Positions 25,405 through 33,683 of a stretch of 64,000 nucleotides of DNA are shown one piece after another; position 1 is the first letter of the stretch, and each line of letters starts with the position of its first letter. The position numbers were made by a program, and so were the translations under genes. Where the stretch lies: positions 21,604 through 85,603 of the forward strand of contig JAFWZZ010000014.1 in assembly GCA_017522185.1 (NCBI GenBank). Reading direction: 5' to 3'. The stretch is from Bacillota bacterium (lineage in GTDB: Bacteria > Bacillota > Clostridia > Peptostreptococcales > Anaerovoracaceae). The notes under the pieces were generated by a model that had not been told where the DNA came from, ran no database searches, and was given only the letters and a program-made list of their open reading frames with translations.

Positions 25405-26757
25405 ATGGGCAGATTATTTGGAACAGACGGAGTCAGAGGCATTGCCAACTCCGAACTGACGCCGGAACTGGCTTTCCACCTGGGAAAGGCCGGCGCATAC
25501 GTATTGAGCAAAGACAACGAAAGACCGGTTGTGGTCATCGGTAAGGATACCCGTGTTTCCGGCGACATGCTGGAAAGCGCACTGACAGCAGGCATCCTGG
25601 CCGTTGGCGGCAATGTAATCAAAGTCGGCGTAGTGCCGACACCGGCAGTGGCTTACCTGGTAAGACACTACCAGGCAGATGCAGGCATTGTCATTTCTGC
25701 ATCCCACAATCCATATGAATATAACGGGATCAAGTTCTTCAACAGCGAGGGCTTTAAGCTGGACGATTTGTTAGAAGAAAAGATTGAGGATATCATCTTA
25801 AGAGACATCGACCCGAACAAACACCTGACCGGGGAAGCCCTGGGCAGATGCATCATGGCAGAAGATGACGCAGTAGACTTATATGTGAAGTTCCTGTTGA
25901 CCACTATCGACCAGAGACTGGACGGCATGAAAATCGTCTTAGACTGTGCCAACGGTGCGGCATACAAGACGGCACCGAAGGTATACGAGGCCCTGGGCGC
26001 AGAAGTAATCACCATCGGCTGCGAGCCAAACGGCATCAATATCAACGATCAGATCGGCTCCACCCATCCGGAATTGCTGCAGCAGACCGTGGTAGAGAAC
26101 CAGGCCGACATCGGTATGGCCTATGACGGGGACGCCGACAGACTCATCGTCGTAGACGAAAAGGGCATGATCATCGACGGCGACAAGACCATCTGCATCT
26201 GCGCAAAGATGCTGAAGGACGCAGGCCAGCTGGCAGAAAACAAAGTAACCGCAACCGTGATGAGCAACATCGGCTTCCATAAGTACATCAAGGAGCAGGT
26301 GGGCGCAGTGGTTGACGTGACCGGTGTAGGCGACAGATACGTACTGGAATCCATGCTGGAAACAGGCTGCGTGCTGGGCGGCGAACAGTCCGGCCACATC
26401 ATCTTCCTGAACCATACCACAACAGGCGACGGCACACTGTCCTCCCTGCAGTTCATGAAGGCCGTACTGGCATCCGGTAAGAAACCGTCCGAACTGAGCG
26501 CGGAAATCGAAATCTTTCCGCAGGTTCTGGTCAATGCAAAGGTAGACAACGACAACAAGAAAATCTATATGAAGGACGAAGAAGTGAAGAACGCCATTGA
26601 TGCCATCGAGGCAGAAATGGCAGGCTCCGGCAGAGTCCTGATCAGACCTTCCGGCACAGAACCGCTGGTAAGAGTCATGATCGAAGGCAATGACATCGAA
26701 AAGATCCACGTGCTGGCACAGCAGCTGGCAGATTTGATCGAAAGCAAATTCGCGTAA
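25405..26757 (+). CDS. glmM: Phosphoglucosamine mutase
   Basis: MGRLFGTDGVRG start, the active-site motif SASHNP and the GEQSGH motif. Confidence 0.95.
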   Translation: MGRLFGTDGVRGIANSELTPELAFHLGKAGAYVLSKDNERPVVVIGKDTRVSGDMLESALTAGILAVGGNVIKVGVVPTPAVAYLVRHYQADAGIVISASHNPYEYNGIKFFNSEGFKLDDLLEEKIEDIILRDIDPNKHLTGEALGRCIMAEDDAVDLYVKFLLTTIDQRLDGMKIVLDCANGAAYKTAPKVYEALGAEVITIGCEPNGININDQIGSTHPELLQQTVVENQADIGMAYDGDADRLIVVDEKGMIIDGDKTICICAKMLKDAGQLAENKVTATVMSNIGFHKYIKEQVGAVVDVTGVGDRYVLESMLETGCVLGGEQSGHIIFLNHTTTGDGTLSSLQFMKAVLASGKKPSELSAEIEIFPQVLVNAKVDNDNKKIYMKDEEVKNAIDAIEAEMAGSGRVLIRPSGTEPLVRVMIEGNDIEKIHVLAQQLADLIESKFA

Positions 26758-26772
26758 GAAAGGATTAACATT

Positions 26773-28602
26773 ATGTGTGGAATCGTAGGATACGTCGGTC
26801 ATGGTAACGCCAAAGAGATTATCATCGACGGACTGAAGAAGTTAGAATACAGAGGATATGACTCCGCCGGTATCGCAGTGGTACAGGACGGAAAAATCCT
26901 TCTGAAGAAACACGTTGGCGGTATCGCAAACCTGGAGAATCTGATCGGTGACGATCCGATGACCAGCAGCACCGGTATCGGTCATACCAGATGGGCAACC
27001 CACGGTGCGCCATCTGATATCAACGCCCATCCTCACTGCAACGAGGCAGGCAACATCTCCGTTGTACACAACGGCATCATCGAAAACTACGCAGAGCTGC
27101 GTGAAATGCTGGAAAGAGACCATAACGTTAAGTTCAAGTCCGAAACAGACACGGAAGTCATCGCCCACCTGGTTGGCATCAACTACGAAGGCGACCTGGA
27201 AGACGCCGTTTACAAGACTGTGGGACAGATGCGCGGCGCTTATGCCATCAGCGTTATCGCTGCCAGCGAACCCGGCAAGATTGTTGCCGTTCGTAAGGAC
27301 GCACCGCTGGTAGTGGGTCTCGGCAAAGATGCTCATTTCATCGCATCCGACATTCCGGCTCTGCTGAAGTATGTCAAGGAAATCTACTTCATCGAAAACA
27401 ACGAGTTCGTGGTACTGACACCGGAAAGCGCAAAGATTTACGATGAAGACAGAAACGAAATCCATAGAGAAGTGTTCCACGTAACATGGGACGCAGACGC
27501 AGCCGAAAAAGAAGGCTACGACCACTTCATGCTGAAGGAAATCTACGAACAGCCAAAGGCGCTGTACGAAACCCTGACCAGAAGACTGGACGAAAACGGC
27601 ACCATCAAACTGGACGGCATCAAAATGACCAAAGAAGACATCGAAGGCTTCACCAAGATCTACATCGTAGCCTGCGGTACCGCATACCATGCAGGCCTGG
27701 TCGGCAAGTACATCATCGAAAAGCTGGCCAAGGTTCCGGTAGAAATCGACGTGGCTTCCGAATTCAGATACCGTGATCCGTTCATCGATGACAAGACACT
27801 GTTCATCGCTATCTCCCAGTCCGGAGAAACCTTAGACACGCTGGCAGCCCTGAGAGAAGCAAAGCGCAAGGGCGCGAGAGTACTGAGCGTAGTCAACGTG
27901 GTAGGCTCCTCCGTAGCGAGAGAATCCGACGACGTGTTCTACACATGGGCCGGCCCTGAAATCGCCGTAGCATCCACCAAGGCGTACACAACCCAGCTGA
28001 TGTGCATGTACCTGATCGGCCTTCACATGGGCTACGAAAAGGGTACGATCACCAGAGACTACTACGACAAATTCATCGCAGACCTTGCAGAAATCCCGGA
28101 TCTGCTGAAGATGTGCCTGGGCAACAAAGGCTACATCGAAGGCCTGTCCAAGATGTTATATAACAAGGAGCAGGTATTCTTCATCGGAAGAGGCCTGGAC
28201 TCCGCGGTTTCCTACGAAGGCTCCCTGAAGCTGAAGGAAATCTCCTATATCAACTCCTTCGCCATCGCGGCCGGAGAACTGAAGCACGGCACCATCGCTT
28301 TGATGGAACCGGGCACACTGGTTCTGTCCCTGGCAACCCAGGACTTCCTGTATGAAAAGATGTTATCCAACATCGAAGAAGTCAAGGCGAGAGGCGCACA
28401 CGTCTTCTCCATTGCCAAGGAAGGAAACACATCCATCGAATCCAAGAGCAACGAAGTCATCTACATCCCTGCATGCAGAGACGAGCTGACACCGCTGCTG
28501 TCCGTAGTTCCGCTGCAGATGTTCGCATACTATGTGGCAAAGGAACGCGGATGCAACATCGACAAGCCAAAGAACCTGGCAAAGAGCGTAACAGTAGAAT
28601 AA
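26773..28602 (+). CDS. glmS: Glutamine--fructose-6-phosphate aminotransferase
   Basis: MCGIVGY N-terminal nucleophile, two SIS domains and the C-terminal KSVTVE. Confidence 0.95.
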   Translation: MCGIVGYVGHGNAKEIIIDGLKKLEYRGYDSAGIAVVQDGKILLKKHVGGIANLENLIGDDPMTSSTGIGHTRWATHGAPSDINAHPHCNEAGNISVVHNGIIENYAELREMLERDHNVKFKSETDTEVIAHLVGINYEGDLEDAVYKTVGQMRGAYAISVIAASEPGKIVAVRKDAPLVVGLGKDAHFIASDIPALLKYVKEIYFIENNEFVVLTPESAKIYDEDRNEIHREVFHVTWDADAAEKEGYDHFMLKEIYEQPKALYETLTRRLDENGTIKLDGIKMTKEDIEGFTKIYIVACGTAYHAGLVGKYIIEKLAKVPVEIDVASEFRYRDPFIDDKTLFIAISQSGETLDTLAALREAKRKGARVLSVVNVVGSSVARESDDVFYTWAGPEIAVASTKAYTTQLMCMYLIGLHMGYEKGTITRDYYDKFIADLAEIPDLLKMCLGNKGYIEGLSKMLYNKEQVFFIGRGLDSAVSYEGSLKLKEISYINSFAIAAGELKHGTIALMEPGTLVLSLATQDFLYEKMLSNIEEVKARGAHVFSIAKEGNTSIESKSNEVIYIPACRDELTPLLSVVPLQMFAYYVAKERGCNIDKPKNLAKSVTVE

Positions 28603-28681
28603 TTTAGCAACTTAGCATCACCATAGCGCCCCGCTCCGGCGGGGTGCGTTCACGAAAAGAAAGAAACGAGGTACATACAAA

Positions 28682-29932
28682 ATGCAGAAGTACGAAATCA
28701 GAGACCTGAGCCTGGCACCGTCCGGCCATCAGAAAATCGAGTGGGTTAAGCAGAATATGCCCCTGTTAAACGGACTGGAAAAAGAGTTTTTAGAAACAAA
28801 GCCTTTTGAAGGCATCAAAATCTCCCTGTCTGTACACTTAGAAGCAAAGACTGCTTACCTGTGCAAGGTGCTGGCAGCAGGCGGTGCGCAGATGGCAGTG
28901 ACAGGCTCCAACGTTCTGTCTACACAGGATGACGTTGCGGCAGCGTTAGTAGAAGACGGTTTAGCTGTATATGCATATCACGCTGCAACACCGGAAGAAT
29001 ACGACAGACACATTGAAATGACACTGGAACATAAGCCAAACATCATCATCGATGACGGCGGTGACCTGGTAAGCATGATCTATAAGAAGAGACCAGACCT
29101 GGGCGAAGAAGTTTGGGGCGGTTGTGAAGAAACAACTACAGGTGTAACAAGACTGAAGGCTATGGAAGCAGATGGCGTTCTGAAGTTCCCTATGGTTGCA
29201 GTAAACGATGCTGACTGTAAGCACCTGTTCGATAACAGATACGGTACAGGTCAGTCCGTATGGACCAGCATCATGGACAACACAAACCTGATTATCGCAG
29301 CAAAGACTGTTGTTGTTGCAGGTTATGGCTGGTGCTCCAGAGGTATCGCTATGAGAGCGGCTGCACTGGGTGCAAACGTAATCGTAACAGAAATCAACCC
29401 TGTAAAGGCTATCGAAGCGAGAATGGATGGCTTCCAGGTTATGACTATGGAAAAGGCTGCACCACTGGGTGACATCTTTGTTTCCGCAACAGGCTGCTGC
29501 AAGACCATCGCAGTAAAGCACATGCTGATGATGAAGGACGGTGCAATCCTGACTAACGCAGGTCACTTCAACAGCGAAGTGGATATGGCAGGCCTGGAAG
29601 AAGCTTACGTAGAAAAGAAGGAAATGCGTAAGAACATCATGGGCTACAAGCTGGAAAGCGGCAGATGGGTTAACGTCATCGGCGACGGCAGACTGGTTAA
29701 CATCGCTGCGGCTGACGGTCACCCTGCAGAAATCATGGATATGAGCTTTGCAGTACAGGCATTATCCGCTATGTACATCAAAGACCACTACAAAGAACTG
29801 GGCAACAAGGTCATCGACGTTTCCGGCGAAATCGACGACATCGTTGCAAGAAGAAAACTGGCAGCATGGGGCATCGAAATCGATGAGCTGGATGCGGAAC
29901 AGGCAGAATACATGAAGAGCTGGAACGTATAA
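28682..29932 (+). CDS. ahcY: Adenosylhomocysteinase
   Basis: 416 aa. Typical motifs: EETTTGV, a Rossmann segment (VVAGYGWCSRG) and HFNSE. Confidence 0.9.
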   Translation: MQKYEIRDLSLAPSGHQKIEWVKQNMPLLNGLEKEFLETKPFEGIKISLSVHLEAKTAYLCKVLAAGGAQMAVTGSNVLSTQDDVAAALVEDGLAVYAYHAATPEEYDRHIEMTLEHKPNIIIDDGGDLVSMIYKKRPDLGEEVWGGCEETTTGVTRLKAMEADGVLKFPMVAVNDADCKHLFDNRYGTGQSVWTSIMDNTNLIIAAKTVVVAGYGWCSRGIAMRAAALGANVIVTEINPVKAIEARMDGFQVMTMEKAAPLGDIFVSATGCCKTIAVKHMLMMKDGAILTNAGHFNSEVDMAGLEEAYVEKKEMRKNIMGYKLESGRWVNVIGDGRLVNIAAADGHPAEIMDMSFAVQALSAMYIKDHYKELGNKVIDVSGEIDDIVARRKLAAWGIEIDELDAEQAEYMKSWNV

Positions 29933-29958
29933 GCACCGGCTTTGAAGAGGAGAATCAA

Positions 29959-30528
29959 ATGACATACGAACAGATTAGAGACGACGCAGCAAAGGCCGTA
30001 ACTGAGCTGCTGGAACAGACAAACCTGACTGCAGGTGATATCTTCATCATCGGCTGTTCTTCCAGCGAAATCAAAGGCTCCCGCATCGGCAAAGGCTCCG
30101 ACATCGACGCAGCAAAGGCTGTTTATGATGGCGTTTACCCAATCCTGAAGGAAAAGGGCATCTTCTTGGCTGCACAGTGTTGCGAACACTTAAACAGAGC
30201 GGTAATCGTAGAAAAAGCTGCTTTAGGAAGAGATGCAGAAATCGTAAACGTAGTGCCACAACTGCATGCAGGCGGTTCCTTTGCGGTAACCGTATACAAC
30301 AATGCGGAACATCCTGTTGCCGTAGAAGAAATCAAAGCAGATGCCGGCATGGACATCGGTGATACTTTCATCGGCATGCATTTAAAAAAGGTAGCAGTAC
30401 CGGTAAGAGTTTCCATCAAGCAGATCGGCGAAGCACATCTGACTTGTGCAAGAACCAGACCAAAGTTCATCGGCGGTTCCAGAGCAATGTATGACGATGC
30501 ACTGGCAGGCGGCGAAGTACAGAGATAA
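29959..30528 (+). CDS. UPF0340 / TIGR01440 (YwlG-like, DUF436) protein
   Basis: 189 aa. The IGCSSSEI and AAQCCEHLNRA motifs are as I recall for this family. Confidence 0.6.
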   Translation: MTYEQIRDDAAKAVTELLEQTNLTAGDIFIIGCSSSEIKGSRIGKGSDIDAAKAVYDGVYPILKEKGIFLAAQCCEHLNRAVIVEKAALGRDAEIVNVVPQLHAGGSFAVTVYNNAEHPVAVEEIKADAGMDIGDTFIGMHLKKVAVPVRVSIKQIGEAHLTCARTRPKFIGGSRAMYDDALAGGEVQR

Positions 30529-30549
30529 ATATTAGTAAGAACACATACA

Positions 30550-30576
30550 GGTGCGGGAATTTCCCGCACCTTTTTT
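30550..30576 (+). terminator. Rho-independent terminator
   Basis: GGTGCGGGA-ATT-TCCCGCACC stem followed by TTTTTT. Confidence 0.85.
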
Positions 30577-30627
30577 CGTTCTATAACATATGATAGAGTA
30601 AAATCTTATGAAAGACAGGTGAATCCT

Positions 30628-30735
30628 ATGTCAAATAATTGTGGATTATTCGGCCGCGGTGAAAACGGTGGTGTAGATACCAGCTTATTATTCTTCTTCT
30701 TACTTCTGGTGATTATCTTCTGCAACTGCTGCTAA
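30628..30735 (+). CDS. 35-aa Cys-rich tiny membrane protein (YjcZ/TIGR01732-like?)
   Basis: The sequence is MSNNCGLFGRGENGGVDTSLLFFFLLLVIIFCNCC. An AGGTGA RBS lies 6 nt upstream. The ORF sits between two terminators and is too short for the supplied ORF track. Confidence 0.45.
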   Translation: MSNNCGLFGRGENGGVDTSLLFFFLLLVIIFCNCC

Positions 30736-30752
30736 AAGAAAACCCTATATGT

Positions 30753-30790
30753 AAAGGACAGTCCTCGGGGCTGTCCTTTCTTTTATTTTT
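30753..30790 (+). terminator. Rho-independent terminator after the tiny ORF
   Basis: AAAGGACAG-loop-CTGTCCTTT stem followed by a T-rich run. Confidence 0.7.
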
Positions 30791-30814
30791 CATAGGGAAG
30801 GATCATTGTTTGCC

Positions 30815-30843
30815 TTGTAATTAAAAGGGAATGATAGTATAAT
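30815..30843 (+). promoter_or_regulatory. Candidate promoter TTGTAA-17-TATAAT for giant-protein gene 1
   Basis: Hexamers and spacing were read directly, 43 nt upstream of the ATG. Confidence 0.45.
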
Positions 30844-30885
30844 ACTCTGGTATTCTATTTTAATATTAAGAAGGGAGAAAACAAA

Positions 30886-33468
30886 ATGTTTGCGAAAGTA
30901 AAAAAATCAATCGCTTTGGTGTTAGCATTGGCAGTAGCATTTACATTCATGCCAGTTGCAAGCGATGTAGTTTATGCAGCAACAGATAACTCTAAGACAT
31001 ATTTAGAATTATATACAGATGAGAATGCTACAAAGACTACAACAGAGTTTGTATATAACTCTTGTACTGCAAAAGCCGATGGCACAACTTACGCTACAAC
31101 ACCAGTTTACATTAAGGCAAACTGCGTAGCAACAGGCGAAAATGATCCATGGATCGGCATTTACAGAGGATCCTTTGATGAAAAGGTTTGGGCTGCAAAA
31201 ACAGGCGAAGCATCCAGCTTGATTTGGGCTTATGCTGAAAAGACAGATGGTAAACAGACTAAGGCTTATAACGGCAGCAAGGCTGTAAACATGATGGATG
31301 GAGGCGGTTACCAGAACTGGGGTTTCGGAAGCTGGACATTAGGCCTTGGCGACTATACCGTAATTCTGTTCAAGGATGTAAACTCCTATGAACCTGTTGC
31401 GTTCAAACAGTTCAGCGTTGTGAAAGGCTCTGCGTCAATTCCAACCGTTACTTTATTATCCGATGAACATGCGGCAACACCACTTACAAGAGAACATCTT
31501 CCAGGTGTTGAAATTTATGACTTCTACACACTGGGCAAGGGAATGAAGGTAAAAGTGGACATCCCTGCAGGTTATAAGAATGAAGGTATGTGGCTTGCAG
31601 TGTACTCAGGTACAAACAGTGGTGCAAACAGTACGGTTTATGAAGACGGCTACTTTGCTTACTGCTATGTCAACGAAAGTAAAACTTTCGACTTCCTGGA
31701 AGAGTGTAAAGTCACAGACGGTGCGGAAACATACTTGAAGCAGGTAGCTCCTTTGAAGTTTGTATTATTTGCAAACGAAGATTTTAAAGAATTATATGAA
31801 CTGAGCACTACATTCTTCTTCCTGCGTGAAGACGGATCCGATTCCAAGCTGGAACTGAAATCAACAGAGCTGACTTACACAGGTCAGGCACAGGTTCCTG
31901 CAGGCGGTAACGATACATACAGCGACAGACATTTCACTATCGAACTTGCACCAGGCACAAACGGTACCGATGTAGGTACACACAAGGCATACGCAAAATT
32001 CCATGGCGAAGTTGGTGGTCAGACAGCGGCTGTATCTTATAAAATCGTTGAGAAGAACATTGGTGACAAAGATGTTACGGTAGAAATTGCGGACGTTAAG
32101 GATACAGGTTCTGCAGTTACTGCCAACCCGGTGATTAAGTTCAACGGAATGACATTAGAAGAAGGCAAAGATTTCACAATCAATTATGCCAATAACGTAA
32201 AGGCTGGTAAGGCTTCCGCTACAATCGTAGGTAAAGGAAACTATACCGGAACTCGTGCAGCATCCTTCAACATCGTACATACATGGAAAGATGCAACATG
32301 CTCCGCACCAAAGACTTGCACAGGATGTAAAGAAACCGAAGGTGCAGCTTTAGCACATACATTTATAGCGGCAACATGTACAACACCAAAGACATGTTCC
32401 GTATGTACAGCAACAGAAGGCGCAGCTTTAGGACATAGCTGGACAGCAGCAACATGTACAGCTGCGAAGGCATGCTCCAGATGTACAGCAACAGAAGGCG
32501 CAGCTTTAGGACACAACTGGACAGCAGCAACATGTACAGCTGCGAAGGCATGCTCCAGATGTACAGCAACAGAAGGCGCAGCTTTAGGACATAGCTGGGC
32601 AGCAGCAACATGTACAACTCCAAAGACATGCTCCACATGTACAGCAACAGAAGGCATTGCATTAGGACACGCATGGGCAGCAGCAACTTGCACAACTCCG
32701 ATGACATGTTCTACATGTGCAGCAACCGAAGGTGCAGCTTTAGATCATGCATGGACAGAAGCAACATGTGTAACTCCAAAGACTTGTACCGTATGTACAG
32801 CAACAGAAGGTGAAGCATTAGGACACGCAGTTGCAACAACAACTGTGGAAAAGGCTACAGCTACCAAAGATGGTGCGAAGACAGAGATTTGTGCTTGCGG
32901 AGAAGTTCTGAGCGAAACTGCAATCAAGGCTGCAAAGGTATCCTTATCCAAGGCTGGCGTGAACTTCACAGGAAAGAAGGTTAAGGCACCTACCGTTATC
33001 GTAAAGGACGGCAAAGGCAAGAAGATTCCAGCGAAGTACTATACAGTAGTTCAGCCTAAGAACGTGAAGCAGATGAAGGATATCGGCAGATATACTTACA
33101 CAATCAAGTTCGAGGCTACATGTCCTGAATACATGGGCACTGTAAAGGTGAACTTCGAAATCAAGCCGCTGAAGACTACAATCAAGGCTCCAGCAGCTGC
33201 AAAGAAGGCAATCACTGTGAAGTGGAAGGCAGTTCCAAAGGCAAAGAAGGCACAGGTAACAGGTTACGAAGTGCAGATTGCTACAAACAAGGCATTTACA
33301 AAGGGCGTTAAGAAGGTAAACGTGAAAGGCTTCGCTAAGACATCTGCAAAGGTGAAGGGCCTGAAGTCCAAGACAAAGTACTTTGTAAAGGTTAGAACTT
33401 ACAAGACTGTAAAGGGTGTAAAGATTTACTCCGACTGGTCCAAGGTAAAAAACTGCAAGGCTAAATAA
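30886..33468 (+). CDS. Secreted modular protein P1 (860 aa): 2 WVGLYK-like modules, Ig/MBG-like modules, 7 Cys3-His mini-modules, Lys-rich FN3
   Basis: It has a signal peptide (MFAKVKKSIALVLALAVAFTFMPVASDVVYA). The modules were identified by internal repetition and by similarity to the downstream genes. Confidence 0.85.
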   Translation: MFAKVKKSIALVLALAVAFTFMPVASDVVYAATDNSKTYLELYTDENATKTTTEFVYNSCTAKADGTTYATTPVYIKANCVATGENDPWIGIYRGSFDEKVWAAKTGEASSLIWAYAEKTDGKQTKAYNGSKAVNMMDGGGYQNWGFGSWTLGLGDYTVILFKDVNSYEPVAFKQFSVVKGSASIPTVTLLSDEHAATPLTREHLPGVEIYDFYTLGKGMKVKVDIPAGYKNEGMWLAVYSGTNSGANSTVYEDGYFAYCYVNESKTFDFLEECKVTDGAETYLKQVAPLKFVLFANEDFKELYELSTTFFFLREDGSDSKLELKSTELTYTGQAQVPAGGNDTYSDRHFTIELAPGTNGTDVGTHKAYAKFHGEVGGQTAAVSYKIVEKNIGDKDVTVEIADVKDTGSAVTANPVIKFNGMTLEEGKDFTINYANNVKAGKASATIVGKGNYTGTRAASFNIVHTWKDATCSAPKTCTGCKETEGAALAHTFIAATCTTPKTCSVCTATEGAALGHSWTAATCTAAKACSRCTATEGAALGHNWTAATCTAAKACSRCTATEGAALGHSWAAATCTTPKTCSTCTATEGIALGHAWAAATCTTPMTCSTCAATEGAALDHAWTEATCVTPKTCTVCTATEGEALGHAVATTTVEKATATKDGAKTEICACGEVLSETAIKAAKVSLSKAGVNFTGKKVKAPTVIVKDGKGKKIPAKYYTVVQPKNVKQMKDIGRYTYTIKFEATCPEYMGTVKVNFEIKPLKTTIKAPAAAKKAITVKWKAVPKAKKAQVTGYEVQIATNKAFTKGVKKVNVKGFAKTSAKVKGLKSKTKYFVKVRTYKTVKGVKIYSDWSKVKNCKAK
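32278..32937 (+). repeat. Array of seven 26-aa Cys3-His modules plus a degenerate cap module; includes a near-perfect 78-nt tandem duplication (32440-32517 / 32518-32595)
   Basis: The module consensus is xWxxATCTxPKTCSxCTATEGAALGH. The two 78-nt copies differ at only 3 positions. Confidence 0.9.
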
Positions 33469-33509
33469 ATCATTAAGGATTTATCAAAAACTAAAATGAT
33501 CATAAAAAA

Positions 33510-33543
33510 GGAGATTTGACTTCAGCGTCAGATCTCCTTTTTC
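33510..33543 (+). terminator. Rho-independent terminator after P1
   Basis: GGAGATTTGAC-TTCAGC-GTCAGATCTCC (one mismatch) followed by TTTTT. Confidence 0.75.
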
Positions 33544-33549
33544 TATATC

Positions 33550-33577
33550 TTGTTTTTTAGAAAAAATATGATATAAT
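33550..33577 (+). promoter_or_regulatory. Candidate promoter TTGTTT-16-(TGa)TATAAT for P2
   Basis: The extended -10 TGATATAAT was read directly. The same 9-mer lies upstream of P5. Confidence 0.45.
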
Positions 33578-33683
33578 GTAAGGTGCAAAATTAGACGGCT
33601 TGTCATTTTATTGTTTCGCAAAGAGGCCGAAACGGTGGCAAATCGTTACGAAAAGTGGCAGAACAAGAAGGGAAAGTGTATCT

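Noticed and set aside
26758-26772. A glmS ribozyme upstream of glmS.
   Set aside because: The intergenic gap is only 15 nt.
28603-28681. An SAH riboswitch or terminator between glmS and ahcY (GCCCCGC-TCCG-GCGGGGT hairpin).
   Set aside because: This is a short hairpin with no T-run. I see no convincing match to the SAH-riboswitch pseudoknot consensus as I remember it, and 79 nt is also short.
30900-30906. An A7 tract in codons 5-7 of P1 as a slipped-strand phase-variation switch. I also considered DGR-type hypervariation of the repeat arrays.
   Set aside because: Seven A residues is short for efficient slippage. There is no reverse transcriptase or template/variable repeat pair with A-specific differences in the window.
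33600-33683. The upstream extension of P2 (MSFYCFAKRPKRW...). The same applies to P3 at 40944-40973.
   Set aside because: The signal peptides begin at the internal ATGs (33684 and 40974). Those ATGs also carry the RBSs.
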